Positions 20,354 to 27,568 of a stretch of DNA of 32,000 nt are shown here, one piece after another. Each line of letters opens with the position of its first letter. Position 1 is the stretch's first letter. Both the position numbers and the translations under genes were made by a program. The notes under the pieces were generated by a model. It had not been told where the DNA came from and made no database searches. It saw only the letters and a list, made by a program, of their open reading frames with translations. Source of the DNA: an uncultured Pseudomonadota bacterium (GTDB taxonomy: Bacteria; Babelota; Babeliae; Babelales; RVW-14); the NCBI GenBank assembly GCA_964534555.1, contig CAZHRK010000001.1, positions 500,600 through 532,599 on the forward strand, given 5' to 3'.

Positions 20354-21304
20354 ATGAAGAATGTTTGTGGTGGTCATGTTGCAATTATCGGTGCCGGATT
20401 TGTAGGCAGCGCGACAGCGTATTCATTATTACTCAGCGGCGTTGCAACAACAATTACACTTATTGATGCTAATGAAGACAAAGCTCTTGGAGAAGCCCTT
20501 GACCTCATGCATGCAACTCAATTTACCCCAGGATGCAGTATTCGCGCTGGGAGTGATTTAGCTCTTGCCGCAGAAGCAGATATTGTTGTGCTTGCAGCTG
20601 GTGCGAATCAGAAACCAGGTCAAAGCCGTTCTGATCTTCTTAGTCAAAACGTTGCTGTTTTTAAAAGCATAGTCCCGTCACTTGCAGCAATTAATCCATC
20701 ATGCATGTTGCTTGTAGTAACAAATCCGCTTGATGTTATGACATACGTTGCTTACAAATTATCAGGATTTACAAGTAATCGTGTATTTGGTTCAGGAACT
20801 GTTCTTGACTCAGCGCGCTTAAGATTTCTCCTTGGGCAGCAGCTTGCAGTGAGTCCAAAAGATATCGTTGCTTTTGTTCTTGGTGAGCATGGAGATTCTG
20901 AGTTTGTTTGGTGGAGTGGAGTTACAATAGGCGGCGCACCGATTAGCGCATTCCCCGCTATTGATCTACTCAAGATGCATGAATTACATGAGCAAACACG
21001 CCAGGCCGCGCAGGTGATTATAAGCAAAAAGGGTGTAACTAATTATGCTATTGCTAGCGCAGTTACAAAAATTATTAAGGCCCTTTTAAAATCTCAAGAA
21101 CGTATTTTTTCTTTATCAGTTGTAACGTCAGATAGTATTGCAGGAAAAGAGATTTGCATAAGCTTGCCTGGCATCATCCGAAAAGACGGCTATTTTGATC
21201 GAATTCCTCTTTCACTTACAAAAGAAGAGCGAATGCTATTAGACCAGTCAGCCGCAAAAATTTACGCAGAAACACAAATAGCCTTAGGCCTTATTTCCTC
21301 ATAG
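20354..21304 (+). CDS. ldh: L-lactate dehydrogenase
   Basis: Rossmann motif IIGAGFVGS. GANQKPGQSR has Gln, not Arg, at the substrate-specificity position, which favours LDH over MDH. Also has LDSAR and the LDH signature GEHGDSE. ATG 20354 lies 6 nt after GAGGAG; in-frame GTG 20351 is an alternative start. Confidence 0.88.
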   Translation: MKNVCGGHVAIIGAGFVGSATAYSLLLSGVATTITLIDANEDKALGEALDLMHATQFTPGCSIRAGSDLALAAEADIVVLAAGANQKPGQSRSDLLSQNVAVFKSIVPSLAAINPSCMLLVVTNPLDVMTYVAYKLSGFTSNRVFGSGTVLDSARLRFLLGQQLAVSPKDIVAFVLGEHGDSEFVWWSGVTIGGAPISAFPAIDLLKMHELHEQTRQAAQVIISKKGVTNYAIASAVTKIIKALLKSQERIFSLSVVTSDSIAGKEICISLPGIIRKDGYFDRIPLSLTKEERMLLDQSAAKIYAETQIALGLISS

Positions 21305-21450
21305 ATTAAGTAAAAAAGCTAATTTCTTTACAATAAAATTACTCAATACTTACACTTTGTCTCCAAATAAGCACGCGCTCATTCAGGCTAATTACTCTAA
21401 TTTAAATAATATACGTAGTGCATGAACAGAGGTTCTTAAAAGGAGCATTA

Positions 21451-24400
21451 ATGAAAAAGGTCTTTGAGTCATTACGTTTGTGTAGCGTAATGCTACTAGT
21501 AGCTCATTTTAATGTGAGTGCTCGTATTGATTTTGGAAGCAAAAATTCAATGCTCTCCTTTGGTTCAGATGCAAAATTCAGTGTTAACTCTTCAAATCTT
21601 TCAATCCCAGGAACACTTAAATTAGATGAATCAACGCTTGTTAGTGGTTCTGAATTTGCTTTTGATGATGGTGCGCTGATTGTTGGATCAAGTGAGTCAA
21701 ACTTTACAGGCGCGTATGATCCATCATCTGACGACACGATTAAGCTTAATGGTGACAGCATTTTTAATGCTGGTGCCGGCACAGTCCTTAAAGCCCTTAA
21801 TGTTTCAGGCACCGGAAACCTACTAACCGGTCAGCCTACATTTGATTCAGCTATTACACTTGCTGACAACACCACTGAGCTGGGCATTGGGATCAAAAGC
21901 AAGCTCAATAAAAATATTGTTCTTAACGGCGGCGCTGTGACTTTGCACGATGATTTAGCTCTTGCTGATCATGTTAAGCTTTCTGGTAACGGTTCAGTTG
22001 ATCTTAATTTTAGGCAGCTTAGCCTTGGAAGCTTTTATCAGACTCCTTGGTCTGGCGATTTGACGTTTTCTAATGCACTTGATATCGAGCTTAATGGTTC
22101 TATAGAGCTGACAGGTTCATGGACCTTTGATGGTCTTTGTGTGATTAATGGTAATGGCGCTGTTATTGACTTAACCTCCGGTGGAAGCTTAATTATTAAC
22201 GATGATGCTACCTTAGTGCTTTACAATGTTATTATTAAAGGCATAGGAAGTGGCCTTGGTGGTGATATTGTTCTTGCAACAGCAACAAGCTCAATCAAAA
22301 CAACAAATACAGAATTAAGTTTTGCCGGAAACAAAACATTTACGATAGGTAAGATTGTTGCAAATGGACCTACAACCTTTGCCGTTGGTCCTCATTCATG
22401 CGTATTCTCATCACTTGGTATACTTGCCGCAGATGGCTCAGTAATAACAGTTGATTTCCTTGATTCAGAATCAACTCCTGGTGGTGTGTTTGCGCCAGAT
22501 GATGTCCTTGATCCGCTTAATGCTGGTTCGAACGTTAATGTTAATCTTACGAATAATGGCTACATTCGTAATGCCGTTGGCTCGTCTGAATCAACGCCGT
22601 CAACAGATCCTGGTGCGATTGATCTTCTAAGCGGTAACGTAACATCTGATGTTACGCTCTCAAAAGAGCTGTTTCTTTCACCGTCACAATTTATAAAGAT
22701 TAATGGGAATGTTGTACTTGATGGTCAAGGCACACGTATTCATTTTTCTGGTGACAAGCCACAACTTATTATTAAGCCAGGCAAAACGTTAACGCTTAAA
22801 AACGTTACGCTTGATAATCTTACACAAAATACAATCGATATTAGGTTATCAAGCAATCCATCATCAGCAGGTGCTCGATACGGTACTGGGGTTTTAAAGA
22901 TTGATAAAAATGTTACGTGGGTCCTTGATACAAGTATCTCTTTTTCAAGCGGTAAAATTGTTGTGCTCCCAACAGATGATGGTACAAATATTTTCAAAAT
23001 GCGTGCCCCTGCAACAAGACAAAGCTTTAGCCTTGCTCCGCGTGATATCGATGCAGAGTCAACTCAAGCAGAGCGCAATACGCACCGTGGTGCAAATGCG
23101 ATTTTAAGTCTTGGTAATAGCACTCTTCAGCTAGAGAGTATTACATTTGATGGCCTTGAGTTTACTCATGCCGACTATACAAATGAAATTGCAAGCCCTG
23201 CGATTGCGCTTTCTGGTGATTCAACTGTTAATGTTGGTAGCTATAAAGTTTTTGGTCAGCCAGCGTCAGATGCGCTTACGCCTTTTGTAACAAAAATGAA
23301 TTTCTTTGTTGAAGGCGCGGGCAATGGTTTAATTATGACTAATGACAGCAATAAACTTCAGGGATCAATTTTGTTTGGTGACGTTGCTGAAAACAATCTT
23401 GAAATCGCTTTTAACTACACGCCAAATATTCCAGCGCGCACCATTTCACAGACAGAGCGCTTTATTACTACTCAGTCAAATGACGTAGTGCCTATTAACG
23501 AGCCTACTGCGGTTGTCCCAGCAAAAGTGCCGCTGCTCGTATTTGCTGGTGACCCAGGGATGTTTGTTTTTTCAGAAGAAGGAAGTGCCCAATTAACATT
23601 TAATGCTGTTGAGTGCGCACTCCAAAACCTTGGTGACAACTCGTTTATTCTTGATGATAACAGCGTGGTGCGCTATAACACACTGTATCTGTATGATTAT
23701 CCCGTTAAGCAGCAATCAACCAATACTCGCTACTTTGGTACAACGCGTGGAACAAGCTTTTTTGATGCGTCATTTGCAGTTAGAAGCGCTTTGGCAAAAC
23801 AGCAATCAGCTAAGAAAAAGCCATGTGCCCTTCAGCTTAAATATAAAAAAGCTCGCGCTAAACATAAAAAAATGGCCTCAGAGGCACGCAAGCGAGAGCT
23901 TGCTGAAGAGGTTCAGGTTTCTACCAATCACCCAGAAAATAACGTCATGAGGTCTAGCTCACGAGCATCGCTGCGCACTTTTACTATTCCTACTGGGATT
24001 ACAAGTGTTGATAGTGTTGTTGATGCATCAGGATCAGCATATAGTGGCGCGTATCTTTTTAAAAAGGGCGCTAATGTATCAAATATTAAATTCGATGCAG
24101 GAAGTCCTTTTGATGGATACCTGACAGACGGTATTACCCTCAGCACAGACCCATCGCAAGGAGTATCAATTGATAGTACTCATAAATTATATATAGACAC
24201 GACTCCTGATGATGTTGCAAATTATTTAATTATTAACAAAAGCTGTACTATTGATTGTTCCGCACTTGTTTTTAATCCCGCGCAGGTATCAGGAGACGCA
24301 GTAATCAAGCGCTCGCAGCTTGCAATAAAAATTCCTGATCCATCTACTCGGGTTATTTTGACCGGAGTTTTGACGCTGCCCCTTGGTGCTGTACTTACTT

Positions 24401-25344
24401 TTCTTGATAAAGGTGATGTGAAAATTCATGCAGGGTTTAGTGTTGTATATGAGGTTTCTGATACTACAGTTCCTTTACACCAATTACCTGTGATCAACAT
24501 AAGTAATGAAACTAAAGCATCAGTGGTACCTGTATCTGCTTTTTCTTCACCTATTACCACAACTGGTCGTGGATATTTAAGGCTTGAAGACAAAGCACAG
24601 CTAGATCTTTCGGGGAACGCTCTTATTGCTGGCCCAGCAACAGTTACTTCTGCTCTTGAGTATCAAAATCATGAATTAACAATCGAGGTTCAGCCTGAGG
24701 CTTATTTACTTCTGGGAGATGCGAGTGGCAATAGCGCCGTCCTATGCAGCAGAAATAGTGTTTTTGCACTTGTTAATAGAGGTAAGGTTTATATTTACGG
24801 TGGGTCGAGTTTGTTAATCAATACAGCACTTGATGGAGTCACACCGGCTCCAGGACGGTTAAGCTATTTCGAGCATAAAAATGGATCATATTTCAATTCT
24901 ACTGGGACATTGTGCATAGGTGACAATAGCTTAAGTGGTGGTGTTCCGTTGCAATCAAATTTTGAGCTTCAAAGCATGTCTTTAGAGGGTACTGGCTCGG
25001 TGAAATTTATTACATCAGATTCATCATTCCCGGGAATTACGGCTGTGCAATCACCAAAGTCGTCTTTCTCTTATCCACTTGCTAGTGTGAGCCCGCTTAC
25101 GATTGTTGCTACGTTTGCAAATATTGATACCACAAGATACCCAACATCATATGTCTTCTTTAAAGATAATAAGTGGACGCTTATTACAAAAAATGGTGTT
25201 ACTGTTCAGCTTGATGCTGATGAATACCCAAATTATGAGGATGCTGATGGTGACATCCACTGTGATACTAATTCGACCAATCTTAATTTTGTTGTAAAAC
25301 CAGATGGTAAACGTATTTATGCAAATGGCACAATCAAAAATTAA
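21451..25344 (+). CDS. large secreted repeat protein, beta-helix-like by composition (hypothetical; gene A of cluster)
   Basis: 1297 aa from ATG 21451, 5 nt after AGGAG (ORF open from GTG 21418). N-terminal signal peptide MKKVFESLRLCSVMLLVAHFNVSA. Rich in G, N, T, S and short alternating hydrophobic stretches. Contains the WTFDG..INGNG..IDL module shared with gene D. Has no C-terminal aromatic beta-barrel signature. Confidence 0.85.
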   Translation: MKKVFESLRLCSVMLLVAHFNVSARIDFGSKNSMLSFGSDAKFSVNSSNLSIPGTLKLDESTLVSGSEFAFDDGALIVGSSESNFTGAYDPSSDDTIKLNGDSIFNAGAGTVLKALNVSGTGNLLTGQPTFDSAITLADNTTELGIGIKSKLNKNIVLNGGAVTLHDDLALADHVKLSGNGSVDLNFRQLSLGSFYQTPWSGDLTFSNALDIELNGSIELTGSWTFDGLCVINGNGAVIDLTSGGSLIINDDATLVLYNVIIKGIGSGLGGDIVLATATSSIKTTNTELSFAGNKTFTIGKIVANGPTTFAVGPHSCVFSSLGILAADGSVITVDFLDSESTPGGVFAPDDVLDPLNAGSNVNVNLTNNGYIRNAVGSSESTPSTDPGAIDLLSGNVTSDVTLSKELFLSPSQFIKINGNVVLDGQGTRIHFSGDKPQLIIKPGKTLTLKNVTLDNLTQNTIDIRLSSNPSSAGARYGTGVLKIDKNVTWVLDTSISFSSGKIVVLPTDDGTNIFKMRAPATRQSFSLAPRDIDAESTQAERNTHRGANAILSLGNSTLQLESITFDGLEFTHADYTNEIASPAIALSGDSTVNVGSYKVFGQPASDALTPFVTKMNFFVEGAGNGLIMTNDSNKLQGSILFGDVAENNLEIAFNYTPNIPARTISQTERFITTQSNDVVPINEPTAVVPAKVPLLVFAGDPGMFVFSEEGSAQLTFNAVECALQNLGDNSFILDDNSVVRYNTLYLYDYPVKQQSTNTRYFGTTRGTSFFDASFAVRSALAKQQSAKKKPCALQLKYKKARAKHKKMASEARKRELAEEVQVSTNHPENNVMRSSSRASLRTFTIPTGITSVDSVVDASGSAYSGAYLFKKGANVSNIKFDAGSPFDGYLTDGITLSTDPSQGVSIDSTHKLYIDTTPDDVANYLIINKSCTIDCSALVFNPAQVSGDAVIKRSQLAIKIPDPSTRVILTGVLTLPLGAVLTFLDKGDVKIHAGFSVVYEVSDTTVPLHQLPVINISNETKASVVPVSAFSSPITTTGRGYLRLEDKAQLDLSGNALIAGPATVTSALEYQNHELTIEVQPEAYLLLGDASGNSAVLCSRNSVFALVNRGKVYIYGGSSLLINTALDGVTPAPGRLSYFEHKNGSYFNSTGTLCIGDNSLSGGVPLQSNFELQSMSLEGTGSVKFITSDSSFPGITAVQSPKSSFSYPLASVSPLTIVATFANIDTTRYPTSYVFFKDNKWTLITKNGVTVQLDADEYPNYEDADGDIHCDTNSTNLNFVVKPDGKRIYANGTIKN
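22120..22380 (+). repeat. protein-level module copy A1 (WTFDGLCVINGNGAVIDLTSGGSLIINDDATLVLYNVIIKGIG...GPTTF)
   Basis: Aligns by eye, position for position, with 28082-28345 in gene D (WTF[DE]G, GNG, [IL]DL, L.L.N[VL][IV][IL][KR]G[IL]G, TNT, FT.G, GPTT). Confidence 0.8.
22693..22970 (+). repeat. degenerate module copy A2 (IKINGNVVLDGQGTRIHF...LTLKNVTLDNL...)
   Basis: Keeps the ING...DGQG...I / L.LKNV.L spacing of the module but lacks the WTF anchor. Weaker match. Confidence 0.5.
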
Positions 25345-25358
25345 CAAGGAGCATGGCA

Positions 25359-27062
25359 ATGAACATGAATAAAGGCCTATTTATTGCAGCCATCCTTCTT
25401 GTGGGATGTGTACGAGCAGAAGCTGAAGTGAGTCATCATAAAGAGCGTGATGACCGTCGCGCTCGTAGGGCAGAGCATAAGCAAATGCCTCATGCAGAGA
25501 CCTCTGCGGAGCGCCTAACCACTCAAGAGCGTAAAAAGCTTATGTCGCGCTGGCATGAATTTCTTGCATCGCAAGATGAGCACGATGTAGCGCTTGGCCG
25601 TTATGCAGACTTATACCTTGTTCCTGCCTGGCCTGTGCACGCACGTTGGTTTGAGCATATGCATCAACTCGGGATTAATTTCTTATATTCATACGCTACA
25701 GATGCTCTGAGCTCGAGTGGTAGTGCGTCTGATGATGTAACGAGTGTTGCTTTTGGTCAATCAACAATCAAGCTAAGCGATATGCTTGCAGTTGCAAATG
25801 TAACACAAGCTGGTCGTGTGACATTTCGTGATGAATTCGAATCTAAATTGTTTATGGTTCCAGGCGCAGTCCCTGCTTTTCCTGCTGGTGCTAATGATAT
25901 TGCTGTTATTAAAACAGGTGGGTTAGCTTTAGTTGCTGCTGGTGCTGCGGGTGATGCAACTGTTCGATCAGATAATTATTTTGGTTATACGCATGATCTT
26001 TTGATCAAGCTTAATGGTCGTCAGGAGCGGTTTGGCGTTGCGCTTGATTTGACGCGATACATTCTGCCTGACCGTTTGAGCATCGGGGTGCACCTACCAG
26101 TTATGTATGTTAAGCATGGGCTTGATTTTACGATTGATACCGCTGACACTTTTGCAAAAGCATCAGCTGCAGGTGGGGGTGTTAACGTTGGTGCTTATGG
26201 TCCTGCTACTGGTCTTGCAAACTTGTTTCTTCGTCGTTATGGCGCTGATCCTGTACGTTTTGTTAAGGATGTTTTGCTACAAAAAGGCTTTAGAGAGCTT
26301 GGTGGAAGCGCGACCGGACTTGGTGATCTATCACTCTTCTTAGCCGGACAAATTGATGCGCCAGAAGTCGAGCGTGTTATTGTTGGCGCACGCGTACAGA
26401 TCCCGACGGGTAAAAAGGCAACACAGTCAAAACTGTGGGCGCCTGACCTTGGTAATGGCGGATTTACAGAGCTTTCTATGTACGCAGCAACATGCTTTCA
26501 GTATAACCGCTGGTTAAATCCTCATGTGATGGCTAGCCTTGGTGCTAGTGCCCCAGCACACGTTAATCGTCGTGTACCAAGGTATTTTTCTGTCACAAAT
26601 ACTACGGGGGCAGCACAACAACTTAATGTACTCCTTCGTGATCAGCCACTTGCCATGGCAGAGCGTGTTCAAGTTAATGATGCTAACACTGTTTCAGGGT
26701 GGGATACTGCAGTTAATGGTTTTGGCGACACGATTTCATCTGTCAAGGTAACGCGCGGGGTAGAGGTCAAGTTGCGCCTGGGTAACGTTTTTCAAGATGT
26801 GTTTGCAAAGCGTGGTACGGCTGATGTTTATTACGATATGCGCGCAAAAACAAAAGATAGTGTAAGTGGGCTATCTCGAGAGTTATATAACCTCGATGCT
26901 ATGCGTAAAAACACAAATCAGACAGAGCATCGTATCGGGCTTGAGTATAGCTACCAACCAAATCATGAGACACGCCTGCGTACGGGTGTTGTGTATACGT
27001 TTGCTGGAACAAATGTTGCTAAAACGCTTGAATGGAATACAACAATAAATTACTCATTTTAG
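25359..27062 (+). CDS. outer-membrane beta-barrel protein candidate (hypothetical; gene B of cluster)
   Basis: The ORF is open from ATG 25353. AAGGAG (25346-25351) is best spaced for ATG 25359. Signal peptide with an LLVGC lipobox-like site, or an AEA/EV SPase I site. ~50-aa highly charged segment follows, then alternating-hydrophobicity sequence. The C-terminus ...EWNTTINYSF ends in Phe, a BAM beta-signal-like feature. The GLGDLSLF...IPTGKK...LGNGGF block recalls the Phenol_MetA_deg-type OM channel family; that is from memory and unverified. Confidence 0.75.
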   Translation: MNMNKGLFIAAILLVGCVRAEAEVSHHKERDDRRARRAEHKQMPHAETSAERLTTQERKKLMSRWHEFLASQDEHDVALGRYADLYLVPAWPVHARWFEHMHQLGINFLYSYATDALSSSGSASDDVTSVAFGQSTIKLSDMLAVANVTQAGRVTFRDEFESKLFMVPGAVPAFPAGANDIAVIKTGGLALVAAGAAGDATVRSDNYFGYTHDLLIKLNGRQERFGVALDLTRYILPDRLSIGVHLPVMYVKHGLDFTIDTADTFAKASAAGGGVNVGAYGPATGLANLFLRRYGADPVRFVKDVLLQKGFRELGGSATGLGDLSLFLAGQIDAPEVERVIVGARVQIPTGKKATQSKLWAPDLGNGGFTELSMYAATCFQYNRWLNPHVMASLGASAPAHVNRRVPRYFSVTNTTGAAQQLNVLLRDQPLAMAERVQVNDANTVSGWDTAVNGFGDTISSVKVTRGVEVKLRLGNVFQDVFAKRGTADVYYDMRAKTKDSVSGLSRELYNLDAMRKNTNQTEHRIGLEYSYQPNHETRLRTGVVYTFAGTNVAKTLEWNTTINYSF

Positions 27063-27119
27063 TGGTAGTGCAGAGCAGGCATTATGCTGAAATGTTTTTC
27101 TAGCATAACAATTTTTAGT

Positions 27120-27151
27120 GTGCGCCTGCATTTTGCGGGCGCACTTTGTTT
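27120..27151 (+). terminator. intrinsic terminator after gene B, 17 nt before the gene C start
   Basis: 11-bp stem GTGCGCCTGCA / TGCGGGCGCAC (one G-U pair) with loop TTT, followed by TTTGTTT. Confidence 0.8.
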
Positions 27152-27167
27152 AGGTTAAAGGCACAGT

Positions 27168-27563
27168 ATGAAAAACTACACGAAAATCTTTTTGTTGATG
27201 ATGATGAACGCTTCATGTTTTGCAGCTATTAAGATTTCAAGCGGGAACCAGAAGCTTGAGGGCGTTAATGCCCGTATCACAACAAACAATACATTCACAA
27301 CAGGTAAAACTATTGTGATAGTTCCAAATAAAACAGGAAAGCTTGAAGGAATAAAATCAATTGAATTTGATGTCACCTATGAGCCTGTTGACGAAAAGTA
27401 TCGTGATGGTTTTAAAAATGCTGTTGTGATTACCCCAGCTCAAACACATGATCTTGAAGACATGCACGATCATGAAGAGAGCAGAAATGACAATAAAAAA
27501 GCATATGTTGTTCCTGATGTAATTATTGAGAAAATTGTTGCACAGCTTACTTCAGAGGAGTGA
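27168..27563 (+). CDS. small secreted protein (hypothetical; gene C of cluster)
   Basis: 131 aa with signal peptide MKNYTKIFLLMMMNASCFA and an acidic C-terminal third. Its last codons contain the SD (GAGGAG) of gene D. Confidence 0.7.
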   Translation: MKNYTKIFLLMMMNASCFAAIKISSGNQKLEGVNARITTNNTFTTGKTIVIVPNKTGKLEGIKSIEFDVTYEPVDEKYRDGFKNAVVITPAQTHDLEDMHDHEESRNDNKKAYVVPDVIIEKIVAQLTSEE

Positions 27564-27568
27564 TGGTG

